NCBI GenBank assembly: GCA_951406725.2
Contig: OX597824.1
Location: 47,864,001 to 47,928,000, forward strand
From: Octopus vulgaris
Taxonomy: Eukaryota
Length of the DNA stretch: 64,000 nt
Reading direction: 5' to 3'
Below the pieces are notes generated by a model, which saw only the letters and a program-made list of their open reading frames with translations, did not search any database and was not told the DNA's origin. This document shows, one piece after another, positions 12,731 to 24,051 of the stretch (the stretch's first letter is position 1; every line of letters begins with the position of its first letter). Made by a program: the position numbers and the translations under genes.

Positions 12731-13441
12731 CAGGGCCAGATTTATGTATGGGCTAATATTGACCATGGCCCAAGGACCCCCATGCATGTGGTGAGGTGAG
12801 GCCTTTAACTCAAAGAAGCCTAAAGCTTTATTTTAAAAATTCGGCGATCTTTCGTCTCTAGTAGACCTTTCCGTCGATTTCCGTAATAAATTTTATTTTT
12901 TTACATATGGGCTTGCGGGAACTTTTGAAGTAATATACATACATATACACATACACCGAGTAATAATAATAATAATAATAATTATAATAATAATAATTGT
13001 GTACAGTGCTCAGGTGCACTACAACTCAACAGAGTAGTGTGTGAAAGAAAGAGATAACTGAAATTTTTTACTCGGTGTATGTGTATATGTATGCATATTA
13101 CTTCAAATGTTCCCGCAAGCCCATATGTAAAAAAAAAATTATTTTACGGAAATCGACGGAAAGGTCTACTAGAGACGAAAGATCGCCAAAAATTCAGATA
13201 ATATATTTACAGCAATCGAATAATTTGTAATTTTTTTCACTTGTTTAAAAAATTTATTTTAATCCGGTAAAGTTCTTTTAAAATTATTGAGCCTTCTTTT
13301 GATTTATTGGTCCCTTTAAGATTTAAAAAAAAGGGACATTGAATTTAAGTGAATACTTCTGAACCTACTGAAACCCATTTATGTAATAGCAGTTCTGTGG
13401 CAATTGAGACTGAATCCGAGTGAATGCCAAATCCGGCCCTT
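12731..13441. mobile_element. hAT-type MITE hosting nested insertions
   Basis: Ends cagggccagattt / aaatccggccctt; 8-bp TSD ggtgtagt/agtgtagt. Confidence 0.65.
12843..13187. mobile_element. Fold-back MITE with ~120-bp TIRs
   Basis: ggcgatctttcgtctctagtagacc... is inverted at the right end; perfect 8-bp TSD aaaaattc (12835-12842, 13188-13195). Confidence 0.9.
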
Positions 13442-13679
13442 AGTGTAGTTACCTTCAGGCTGGAGGTCTAGCTTTTTGATATTATGAAAAGCAATTGCAA
13501 GACTGATTAGGACTGACATAGGATGGTGGGTATACCTACACAAAGCGGGCACTAGTTACATAGAGCACCCGATGCATTTACGTAACGATGTGTTTACAAT
13601 ATACACCCGTAAGGGTTACGTAGATGCGTCGGGACCTCTATTTAAGTAGAACCGTTAAGGGATCTCTGTATTTAAGAAG

Positions 13680-13922
13680 TACCCACGAGCGCGCCCCAAC
13701 TTTGTTTCCTCATAACGTTCAGAAAATGGATACTTTTAAATGAAATTTTCTGCAAATACGCTTTAGATGGTGTAGATTGCGATCGAAATTTATAATGAAA
13801 AAATTTTCCCAGGGGTTGAGAATCTATACCATCTGAAGCGTATTTGAAAACTTTCATTTAAAAATATCCATTTTTCTGAAAGTTACGAAGAAATAAAATC
13901 GAGAGGACACACTTGCGTAGGT
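13680..13922. repeat. Imperfect ~100-bp inverted repeat (old MITE)
   Basis: caaatacgctttagatggtgtagatt vs aatctataccatctgaagcgtatttg, with pairing extending outward. Confidence 0.65.
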
Positions 13923-14513
13923 GTGCCAGACGGTGCACCTGCAGAAAATTCAATATGGAATGCTCACTGCATAATCTAGATCGAATTTAAATTGATTTGA
14001 ATTATGTCGATTTGTTTTTCTATCAGTAAATTCATGTTTTATGTTGTATGAAAGAAAATTTTCGGAATTCTTAAAGCCCGCACATTTAATTTTCGTATCG
14101 CATAGAAAAAGTTTTTGTAGAATAGCAAAAGTGTGAAAAAAGAATATAAAGAGACGAAAAGAATGGCTATGGAGGGGATTTCGAAGAAAGTTTTGTTACT
14201 TTTTACTGTTTCACTCATCTCACGGAAAAGTGCACAGAACTATAGAGGTGGAGGTCAAATAGGTAGAAAAAAAAATTAAATTAAATTTTTTAGGACAAAA
14301 ATTCTTTCGTAGGCTTTAAAAGAAATTGAAATTCACTAAAAGTTAACGACGACAAAAATAAAGTTATTATTTTAGTAAAACTCGTTTACTTTTTAATTGA
14401 AGATGTTTAGATCTTTCAAACAACCCTGAATATGAACAATTCAAAATATCGTTTACAACAAAACAAAATAACTTGTCAGTTAGTCAAAGATTTGAATAGA
14501 ATTATATAATTAC

Positions 14514-14850
14514 CTGAGGCAACACCATACAATTTAAAACAAAAATGTTAACTGTTTCCTTCTTTTCACGGACAAACGTTGAATGAAATAAATTCCATTA
14601 AATGAAATGTAAATAAAACAATCAGAGAACCATAGCAGATCTGGATGCCTTTCAGACGTTTATTTTGTAAATTTTGTAAATTGAATTTGCCGGTTAAAAG
14701 CCTCGTTTTCGTTTTCGTGTATTTATTTTCTCATTCGTTGCATCCTGGGATTTATATTTACATACTAGCGGTTGGTTTGAATAGGCTTTAGTCGAGTTAT
14801 ATCCCGTGTGAACTGACACAGCGTAAACCCCCCACCTCCCCCGATACCTT
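14514..14850 (-). promoter_or_regulatory. Candidate non-coding first exon/promoter of the NuMA-like gene
   Basis: Donor CTCAG|gtaatt at 14514 in a repeat-poor, relatively CpG-retaining stretch; the ATG exon has an acceptor and needs an upstream exon; TSS not determinable. Confidence 0.4.
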
Positions 14851-15159
14851 AATCCTTGTTACTATAGGCGCGCCAGGCCAGCAAATTTGAGGGAAGGGGC
14901 AAATTGTTTACATCAACACGAATGCTCAACTGGTACTTATTTCATCGATCCAGGAGGAATTTGAGCTCAAAATGTAAACACGGACGAAATGCCGCTAAAC
15001 ATTTTGCCAACCCACCGCCTTATAGTATCCTAATAATTATTGTCTCAAATTTAGGCACAAGGCAATTTTAGGGCTTCAGTAAATTAAATCGAGTCCAGGA
15101 CTTGACAGGTGCTTTATCGGTTGTCAAGCAATGCTAGGGGGACAAACACAGACACACAA

Positions 15160-15244
<85 letters not shown>

Positions 15245-15410
15245 TACGACAGGCTTCTTTCAGTTTCCGTCTACCAAATCCACTCACAAGGCATTGGTCG
15301 GCCCGGAGCTATAACAGAAGACACTTGCCCAAGATGCCACGCAGTGGGACTGAACCTGGAACCATGTGGTTGGTAAGCAAGCTACTTACCACACAGCCAC
15401 TCCTGCGCCT
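15245..15410 (-). mobile_element. tRNA-derived SINE; related copies ~1805-2050, 10610-10830, 28930-29075, 45680-45835, 46204-46620, 62118-62420
   Basis: A-box-like tggctgtgtgg and B-box-like ggttcagtccc; conserved body ccttgtgagtggatttggtagacggaaactgaaagaagcc followed by microsatellite. Confidence 0.85.
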
Positions 15411-15787
15411 ATATATTTATTTTTTTTTTTTAACGGAATCCACGATTTTGGTTATGGAGGGTCCGATTCTGAAAAAAAAATTTCAAAATTTTGACCCCAC
15501 CCCCTCATCCCCCTTCCCTCAGTTTTTTCGGAAATTTTTTTTGCGAAATGCGTAGTAAAATACGAAGATTACAATTCTGAAAAAAAATTGTGGCAAGACT
15601 TCTTTTTGAACCCCCCTCACAAACCCCCGTTTTCGGCTACGGAGAATACGATTCTGCAAAAAAAAAAATAAATAAATAAATTGGCAAAAATCTAAAAAAC
15701 TAAATTCCACATTTTCAACTTTTTTCCCCATTTTTTTTTTCAAAATGTGGAAAAATACGGAGATTATGATTCCAAAAACTTTTCTAC

Positions 15788-15848
15788 TTAGGGTTAGGGT
15801 TTTAGGGTTAGAGATTTAGGGCTAGGGTTCTTGGGTTAGGGTTAGGTT
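15788..15848 (+). repeat. Degenerate interstitial telomere-like (TTAGGG)n tract
   Basis: ttagggttagggttttagggttagagatttagggctaggg...gggttagggttagg. Confidence 0.75.
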
Positions 15849-16120
15849 TATGGAAAAAGTAGAAAATGGAGAATTGGTGGGAGTAAGGGTGGGGGGACAA
15901 AAATTTCAAAATTCCGATTTTTGGCAATCTTCTGGAATCTCGGATTCCGAAAACGTGGGTTTTTGGCAAAAAAAATTTTTTTTTAAATAATAATTTGCGA
16001 GAAAATGAGGGTGGGGGGACGGGAGGAAGTCTTTCCAAATTTGTTTGTAAAAGTTCAATTTTTCAACAACAACAAAAAAATATATATATACCCCAGGACT
16101 TCAAGCAGGCTAGCCACATG

Positions 16121-16567
16121 CTAGAAATAACAGCCAAATTCTCACAAAACTGCAATAACATAATGTAATCAATCTACTCTCCTTTCTGCAAAGATTTCTT
16201 TCAGAGTAATATGACAAAGTAATTCATGTGAAATAGTCAAAACAACCGTTCATTTTCACTTTTAGACAGCAGGGAGGAGGGGAATTTTGAGTTGGAGTTT
16301 TTCATTAAAAATTTTTAATTAAAATTTGAATTTGTGTTTATTTTTTTCCATATTCTTAATCTCCATATTTTCCTACGTAGATTGATTGAAAAATAGTTCG
16401 AAAAAGGTTTTTAAAAAGTTTTAAAAAAAGAAGCCACTTTAATTTCACATGAATTACTTTGTCATATCACTGTGGGAAATTACTCTGGAAGAAATCTTTG
16501 CAGAAAGGAGAGTAGATTGATTACATTATGTTATCACAGTTTTGTGAGATTTGGCTGTTATTTCTAA
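16121..16567. mobile_element. MITE with ~115-bp inverted arms
   Basis: tagaaataacagccaaat...gtaattcatgtgaaat is inverted at 16442-16567. Confidence 0.8.
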
Positions 16568-16574
16568 ATCAGTC

Positions 16575-17190
16575 CAAGACTATGGATCTGGAGAGGCGCA
16601 TAGAGTGGCCTTAAGCTGCCTATGAAAGCGTTCGACCATCCCGTTGGAGGCTGGATGATAACTGGTCGTACAAATATGATGAACACCCAGGATTCATGAC
16701 AGCTCATGAAATAAGGAGGCTTCAAACTGGCATCCACGATCAGTAGTTATTTTGGTTGGAACACCAAAGCAAACAATCCAGTGAGAGACGAAAGCTCGAG
16801 CAACTGATTCAGCAGAAATGTCCACTATTGGAATGGCTTCAGGCTGATGGGGGAAGCAATTGATACATGTTAATACTTAAGAAAACCCGCGACTCACCAG
16901 CCATGGTCCAGCCATATCAATGTGGACACGGCGAAAACGGGTCTCCGGAGGAGAAAACTGTGGACTTTGGAACACTGGCACTTTGTACAAGAGCGTGCCC
17001 AAGTGATGATTATGCAGCGCATATTAGGCCGGAAGAACCAAGCAGTGATAAGCTTCAATGCAGCGATGCCTGGATGAGACAATGAATGCAGGGCATCAAA
17101 TACAGAACATTGGTGGTTCTCTGGCACAAGTGGCCTGGGAGAACCAGTAGATGTGTCACAAAGGATAGTACCTTCAGCTGATGAGCTGAT
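16575..17190 (-). mobile_element. Degenerate non-LTR retrotransposon RT C-terminal fragment
   Basis: GC-balanced island; minus-strand remnant STLIWLDHGW resembles the RT C-terminal 'L.WLGHV' motif. Confidence 0.45.
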
Positions 17191-18153
17191 CATGCAAAGT
17201 AAATTTGACTTTTATAAACACTAAAATTGAAATTCTTAATGGATCATACCTGTTTGATTTGTTTCTAAAATTATTCCAGATGGCAACTGACAAAAATTTT
17301 GCCACTTTTCAAGATTAATTTGAATTAATTAAAATAGCGGTGTAATCGGTACAAGATTTTATTCTTTTGGTAAATATGTACCTTGGTGTGGAATAATTTT
17401 TTTCCAGTTTTTTTCAGGTGCATTCAATGTATTTGACTCCAAACCCACTGCAAGCCACTTTTTTCCAGAAAAGAAAGGTGGGAGGGGTGGTGGGGACCTC
17501 GAAGTTTCCCACCAAGGTAGGTTTGTTTTGTGGGTCTTTTTTTTCTTTTCCAGATTATTTTGCATGCTTTCAACTAATGTGATATTGAAATTAAATGTAA
17601 ACGGCTCCTTTTACAGAAAAGGAAAGATTTGGCTGCTATTCCTAGCATGCCCTGCTACCATGTAAGAGCTATTTAAATTCATACCGAAATATTTACCAAC
17701 TTTTTTCCCTTCCATTTATTGTTTCCACTTTATGGAAGTCGATGTTGACATCCACCTCAGTTAATTTTGCTTTGCACTCAGTTCTGTGCTTTCTGGAAGA
17801 AAAGCCCTCACATTATCTCAAAGCTACAAGAATTCACGAACATGACTTCTTTATTTTTTAAAAAGATTTCGTAGAGGAATTAGGTACAATGGTTATTTTT
17901 CTGATTTAAACACTAAGGGGTTAAAAAGTGCTAAAATTATAAAATCAGCTTCTCTTTTGACCTTTTTGAGGCCTTTAGAACCCTAAAATTATACATATAT
18001 ATCTTTTGTTTAGAGTTAAAAAATGTGGATTTTATAGTTTTAAATTTCAAAAGGCCTAAAAAAGGCTGATTTCATGATTTGGGGCCTTTTTTAGGTTTTT
18101 AAAGGCTTTTAGAGCCAGAAAAGGGTAAAAAAAAAAATGAAATAATATTAGTA

Positions 18154-18790
18154 TTAAACTAAAAAAAGTTTATTAATAAAGTGGCTGTAAAAAATCGAGA
18201 AACATGACATATACATAATTTGATTTTTCTTCTTCTCTTCCATTTTGTTGATAAGATTCATGTTGCTCTTCAAGAAAATTAACATACTAAAATTTTCATC
18301 AGGCAAGGTTGTTCTCTTGGCACTCAAGATGTCCTTGCCCATGGAAAATAAATATTCAGTTGCAGCACTGGAAAGGATGGCAGTGTTGAACTTGATGAAA
18401 AAGCCCACCGACACTTGCTCACTCAAGAAGGCATCTGTCAGTAGATCCTTGGAGTTGGTCTCCAACCAGGTCTTTACTAAATTCAGGGCCTTGTCCTTCA
18501 GTAACCTGTAGCTTCCACTCTCTTTTTGTTGGGTGACACCATTGAAGAAGTCATCCTCCACCTCTTCATTGTTGCTTCCCCCCACCGTTGCTTCTCACTT
18601 TCTCATACTGCTGCCTCATGGCCTCCTTGACTTTATCCTCCATGCTTCTCCTCATCTTGGTGAACTTGGTGTTATCATAGCCAGTTGGCATTCCTCATTG
18701 TCCAGGAGGGCTGTAAATCTTTTGTTGATACCTGCCAAAACTGCATCGACCAAGAGGCCAAAACTGCATTGACCAAGGGGCTGCAGTAGA
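18154..18790 (-). mobile_element. hAT transposase C-terminal (dimerisation domain) fragment
   Basis: FIKFNTAILSSAATEYLFSMGKDILSAKRTTLPDENFSMLIFLK fits the hAT S..ER.FS motif. Confidence 0.75.
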
Positions 18791-19169
18791 CAAGTTTTTA
18801 TTTAAGGGACTTGACTTAACAGAAGCTAAATGCCAAGTTTAATTAAATTTTTACTATAAATTTAATTTATAGAAAAACTTTTGGAGAAATACTCTGTTCA
18901 GTTTCTGACTAAGTACACTATGCAGATCTTTTAGTTTAAATATTCTTTTAGGTATGTATTTTTTTTTCAGATAATAATAAAGAATAATAATAAAAGAATT
19001 ATATGCAGTAAGATGTATTCTCTTTTCACTCTTTGAAAAAAAAAAATTTGTCCACAGAAGACAAAAGAAGGCTATGCTTAGAAGTAGTTATCTCCCACTG
19101 AGCAGCAACTCTCTTTTGTTCTCAGTCTCTACCACAGTATATACAGCTTCTAGTAAGATAATCACATGT

Positions 19170-19462
19170 TTCTTTAGAAAGCTTCACTTTAGGGTAAAGG
19201 GTAAAGACCCTCTTCAGGTAAGGTTGTTTATGGAAGACCAGCTGCCCCTATCCATGCCACCGATGTTATCCAAAGAAAAGGTGAAGGCCAATACAGCTTG
19301 GCACCAGTGACATCGCAACTCATTTCTACAGATGAGTGAACTGGAGCAACATGAAAAATAAAGTGTCTTGCTCAAGAACACAACACACAGTCTGGTCCAG
19401 GAATCGAACTCACTACCTCATGATTGTGAGCCTGATGTTCTAACCACTGAGCCATGTGCCTT
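19170..19462 (-). mobile_element. tRNA-derived SINE (second family)
   Basis: Minus strand ggcacatggctcagtggttagaac...gtgagttcgattcct (A/B boxes), then ttgagcaagacacttta. Confidence 0.7.
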
Positions 19463-19552
19463 TACTAGCCTAGCTTTAAACATATGTGATTTCAGGTCTG
19501 CAAAAAACTGAATGCAAATTCAAATCTTTTCTGTTTAAACATAATTTTAACT

Positions 19553-19700
19553 ATAACCTAAAACCCTAATTCTAAGTGTTAACAACAAATTCTACCTTTA
19601 AGTCTTAACCCTAATCCCTTACTTTAAACCCTAATGCTATGCATATCCCTAAAACCTAAACCCTAATACTGATCCTAAGCCTAATCTAAATTCTAACCTC
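19553..19700 (-). repeat. Degenerate (CCCTAA)n tract
   Basis: Repeated aaccctaa/aacctaa/tcctaa units. Confidence 0.6.
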
Positions 19701-20387
19701 AACCCTTAGTCCTAACCTTATTTTTTGAGTAAAATCAATCTCCTATGTTAAAAGCTTACACTTCCTAGAAAAAAATTTGTAAATGAAAAGTTATTGCCAG
19801 ATACATACTTTGAAACTAAGTGAGTTTAAAAAAAAAACCCATAAAAAATTGTAATTTTGAAAACATTTGCAGAATTGTAATCTCTGATGAATGTTAGGAT
19901 ATTTAGTTCATGACCTTCAGCTCATAAGTTTGATTCCCAATTGCACATTGTGTCATTGAGCAAGATACTTAATTGCACCTAGATGTTTGCAAATTTTCTG
20001 TCCTCAAGGCCTGTGTCTTGTTATCATGTAGTATTGCAATTCTAACACAAGCAGCACATCAAAATTGATTTTTGTTTTTTAAAATTTTCTAGCATCTATC
20101 AAAATATATTAGAGATTTAATCTCAAGCTGGGGGTGTTTTTGAAATTTGTCTTTCTACTTGATAGGAACAAAAATTTTAAGTTTACAAGATGTTGGTAAC
20201 AAACAAGACATTCATCATAAGGATAACTCTCATTTTTGAATAATCAGGCAAATATACACTGAAGGTCTGGTAATCATTTTACATTCTCCATTTACATACA
20301 TTTTCCATTGTGAGTATTTATCAAGACTTGTTTTATCAATCGAACAAGGTTACTTTCTCTGAGGTAAATTACCAAAATAATTAAAGT

Positions 20388-22529
20388 ATGGAAGACTTGT
20401 CTCTGATTGGTTGTAACAAAAAACACAACCATCTTCAGATTGCCCGCTTTGACTGGAATAAAGCAAACTGGAGCTCTTATTGTACTGAGCTGCAACGCCC
20501 GAACTGGTGCGAATTTTATGCCTCTGGAGATGTGGACATTATACTCCAGAACATTCTGAATTCAATATGGGCAGCATGTGCAGCATCAGTACCACGCAAG
20601 CACAAAAAACCACCCAATAGTGCAATTTGGGAGACTGCAGCAGTCCGACTTGCCAGGAAAGAACGCCGTAATGCTGAATGGGAATACAAATTGCACAAAT
20701 CAGAGAGCAACAGGAAAAAGCGCAATAGGTCAGCCAACCACCTCAAGCAGGTGACAAAAAAGGCAGTGCTTGAATTTGAACAACGCATTGCAGCTAACCC
20801 TGACAGCAAAGGGTTCTGGAAGTATGTGCACTCAAAGCAGAGACCCCACTCTCCTGTTGGTCCCCTTCGCAATCCCCACACAGGACAGATTACTGGCAAT
20901 CCCGAAGAATGTGCAGAAATCATTGTTGGATGCTATGCCGGCATCTTTACTGTCGAAGACCAAAATGTTCCATCATCATCACCACTGACATCGGACTCTA
21001 TATCTTCTATGCAATTTACACCAGCAATGCTGCAACGCCACCTAAAGAATAAACGCAATTATGCCTCTCCTGGTCTCGATGGTGTTACATACCTACTTCT
21101 CAAACGCGGTGGGTACTTTCTTCTAAGCCAACTTTCTCTATTCTTCCAATTCTGTCTTGACAATGGTGTTACTCCAGAACAGTGGAAAACTGCCAGTGTC
21201 ATCCCTCTGTTCAAAAAAGGCGACCGCACATCGCCTGTCAACTATCGCCCCGTCAGTCTTACCAGCTGCATTGCCAAACTGATGGAATCCTGTATCAGAG
21301 AAACCCTCTGGAACTTCTGGAAGTCTCACAGCCTCATCCAGCCGTCACAATTCGGATTTATTCCTAACTCCAGCTGCTGTAATCAACTCATCGAGTTTCT
21401 TGAGGATGTTACCCAAATCACTGATCGCGGATCCTGGGTGGATGTTGTTTACCTGGACTTTGCTAAGGCTTTTAACTCTGTGCCACACAAAAGACTTATG
21501 GTGAAGCTTTCTGCGTTGGGTGTAAGAGACGAACTCTATAACTGGTTAAAGTCCTTTATTTTCGGCCGAAAAGAGGTTGTCACAGTTCTAGGACAGCACT
21601 CTTCGCCCTATGAGATGACATCTGGTGTGCCGCAGGGATCTGTTCTTGGCCCCCTTTTATTTGTTGCATATGTTAATGACATAGATGCCAACTTAAAGAA
21701 TGCCACAGTGCTGAAATATGCAGATGACATCAAGCTGTACCTCGAAATAAAGAGGTCAAATCCTATACACTATGGATCTCTATTGCAAGCAGACCTGGAC
21801 ACAATGCAGCAGTGGATCATGGACTGGCAACTCAAGCTGGCTGTGGACAAATGTACCACCATGCATTTTGGGAGGAGAAACCCAGCGTCCACCTACTCCC
21901 TCCACAACACTAGTCTCAAAAAGTCTTCAAGTGAACGTGACCTGGGTGTTATTGTCGACAGTGATTTGCGTTGGACAAAACACATCGCCAAAATTGTCAA
22001 GAAGGCTGAGGGTGTCTTGGCATCACTCACCAAATCCTTTGTGAGCCGCTCTCCGGCTATCTATCTGCGGCTTTATATAGCTATGGTAAGACCTCACCTG
22101 GAATTTGCATCACCGGTCTGGAACCCCTATCTTGCCCAGGACATCAATCGTCTGGAAGCTGTTCAGCGACGTGCAACCAAAAGAATACCCTCCATCAGGC
22201 ATTTGCCATATCCTGAACGCCTTACTTCCCTGGGCATGGACACATTGAAACTCCGACGTCTGGCAGCTGACCTGGCAGACACCCACAAAATTATCAACCA
22301 TCGCACAAACAATAACACTGAGCACCTCTTCAAACTCCACCCATCTAACACCCGTGGACATATTTACAAAGTAAGAAAACAGCACAGCTCCCATGACTTC
22401 AGGAAACATTTTTTCACGCTGAGAGTTGCTGAAGCGTGGAACAAACTGCCGGCATCGGTTGTTAGTTGTCGGAGCACTGCATCCTTCAAGACTTCCATGC
22501 TTCCTGAGATTCGCCAACACTACACTTGA
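20388..22529 (+). CDS. Reverse transcriptase ORF2 of a 5'-truncated CR1-clade LINE (no endonuclease domain); 713 codons uninterrupted
   Basis: SPGLDG, PLFKKG, NYRPVSLTS, QFGF, YLDFAKAF, GVPQGSVLGPLLF, YADD, ERDLGV, RPHLEF, FTLRVAEAWNKLP; the first ~17 codons are probably flank. Confidence 0.92.
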   Translation: MEDLSLIGCNKKHNHLQIARFDWNKANWSSYCTELQRPNWCEFYASGDVDIILQNILNSIWAACAASVPRKHKKPPNSAIWETAAVRLARKERRNAEWEYKLHKSESNRKKRNRSANHLKQVTKKAVLEFEQRIAANPDSKGFWKYVHSKQRPHSPVGPLRNPHTGQITGNPEECAEIIVGCYAGIFTVEDQNVPSSSPLTSDSISSMQFTPAMLQRHLKNKRNYASPGLDGVTYLLLKRGGYFLLSQLSLFFQFCLDNGVTPEQWKTASVIPLFKKGDRTSPVNYRPVSLTSCIAKLMESCIRETLWNFWKSHSLIQPSQFGFIPNSSCCNQLIEFLEDVTQITDRGSWVDVVYLDFAKAFNSVPHKRLMVKLSALGVRDELYNWLKSFIFGRKEVVTVLGQHSSPYEMTSGVPQGSVLGPLLFVAYVNDIDANLKNATVLKYADDIKLYLEIKRSNPIHYGSLLQADLDTMQQWIMDWQLKLAVDKCTTMHFGRRNPASTYSLHNTSLKKSSSERDLGVIVDSDLRWTKHIAKIVKKAEGVLASLTKSFVSRSPAIYLRLYIAMVRPHLEFASPVWNPYLAQDINRLEAVQRRATKRIPSIRHLPYPERLTSLGMDTLKLRRLAADLADTHKIINHRTNNNTEHLFKLHPSNTRGHIYKVRKQHSSHDFRKHFFTLRVAEAWNKLPASVVSCRSTASFKTSMLPEIRQHYT

Positions 22530-22665
22530 TTTTCTCCCCTCCATACACACACAAGCATGTTCACTTTCCAGACATTTCTACATTACTGCATGTACTTTAT
22601 ATGCACTTTCTGACAAGTTGTGGTGCACCTGAGCACTGTATACAATAATTTCATTATTATTATTT
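20440..22665 (+). mobile_element. CR1-clade LINE, 5'-truncated, with 3' UTR and (TAT)n tail
   Basis: RT ORF followed by a UTR ending gtggtgcacctgagcactgtatacaataatttcattattattat. Confidence 0.9.
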
Positions 22666-22977
22666 ATTCCTATATATCACAGCTCCACTCACATATGCAA
22701 CATAGCCCTTCTCTTCAAATTAAGTGACATTTCCTTCCTCATTAGTATATACTCAGTTCCTAAAACTTCTTCCACATCTATCTCATTCTAGTCACTATCA
22801 CTGAGTCCATATACCTTATATGTAAATGTAGTTATCACATCAGTTAAAAACTCTCTCACACCAATACATTTTCAATGAACCCACCCAATACGTATTATAC
22901 ATGTAATAGTGTTTTCTCCAACATTATTCCTGTAACTACACATGCTAACTTTACCCACATGATTTACCATTGGTCAC

Positions 22978-23225
22978 TGTGGTGTTGGTGAGAGGATGAC
23001 AGATAGGGGAGGGCGGAAGTAGGGCTTGCAAGGCGCATGCGCGGCAGGAAGAGGAAGCGGCAGTGAGGACGCACGTGTAGGATCGAGGAGTTGTTGTTGA
23101 GACGATGAAGGCACCAGACGTATCGAGCTAGCTGAGAAAGATCCGAACTAATCTTTGCCGAGGTAAGGCCTGATTGTATTTCATTCTCCCTTTTTCTGTT
23201 GTCCTCTTTCATCATTCACACCACA
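22978..23225 (+). repeat. 5' LTR
   Basis: Direct repeat of 26935-27182; 7 substitutions in 248 bp by manual count. Confidence 0.95.
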
Positions 23226-23266
23226 AGCTATTTCGGCATATACACAATCGGTTTTATAAATGAAAA

Positions 23267-24028
23267 ATGATGCAGAGTGCTCGGGTTTCACACGAACTTA
23301 TAACACCGTTTTGCGGCGACACAGATGTGGTCGCTTGGTTGAAGAGAGTGAAGTTGGTGGCGAAGCTCCATGGTATAGGTGACCTGGCGAGCTTCATGCT
23401 GCTGTACTTTGATGGCCCGGCGTTGGCGTTATATTTAGAGATGGAGGAGACGGACCAACTTAGCGCGGAGAAAGTAGAAATCCAGTTGATGGAGGCCTTT
23501 GCGGAGGGAATGTTCGAGGCATACACTCGCCTGGGTAGAATGAGATGGACTGGGCAACAGGTGGACGTGTTTGCCAATGAGCTTAGAAGACTGGCTAAAT
23601 TGGCAGATTACGAGGGAGAGTCGCTGGAACAGACGGTTAGGTTGGCGTTCGTGACCGGTTTTCCCGACATCATGTCGGTCGAGCTACAGAAGCTCCCGAA
23701 CATGCATTCGATGCCGATGGCTGACATCATATCTCGGGCACGTGTACTAGTTTCGTGCAGCAGGATGATGTCGGTAGCAGCGACTGCAACGTCGAAAAGT
23801 GGCCCAGCTAGGAGCAGCGGAGAGGGGCTAAAGAAAGAACGTGTGCGACCGTTCAAAGGACAGTGTTTCTGGTGCCAAGGTCCACACATGGTGCGTGACT
23901 GCGTGTCGCCCAAGCCTGAGGTGATTTGCTACCGGTGTCGAGAGCCGGGGCATGTAGCCAGCGAGAGTCTGTGGGGAAACGGACTCCGGGAGACTAGTGC
24001 GCCGGTAGTTGTCCCTTTGGATCAGTAG
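23267..24028 (+). CDS. Gag with two CCHC-type zinc knuckles
   Basis: CFWCQGPHMVRDC and CYRCREPGHVASES (second knuckle lacks the last Cys). Confidence 0.9.
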   Translation: MMQSARVSHELITPFCGDTDVVAWLKRVKLVAKLHGIGDLASFMLLYFDGPALALYLEMEETDQLSAEKVEIQLMEAFAEGMFEAYTRLGRMRWTGQQVDVFANELRRLAKLADYEGESLEQTVRLAFVTGFPDIMSVELQKLPNMHSMPMADIISRARVLVSCSRMMSVAATATSKSGPARSSGEGLKKERVRPFKGQCFWCQGPHMVRDCVSPKPEVICYRCREPGHVASESLWGNGLRETSAPVVVPLDQ

Positions 24029-24051
24029 CGGCGCGTTTATCATCGCTACCT

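Noticed and set aside
15109-15555. 148-aa ORF with HT/YI repeats (similar ORFs at 45394-45866)
   Set aside because: Translation through microsatellites and a SINE
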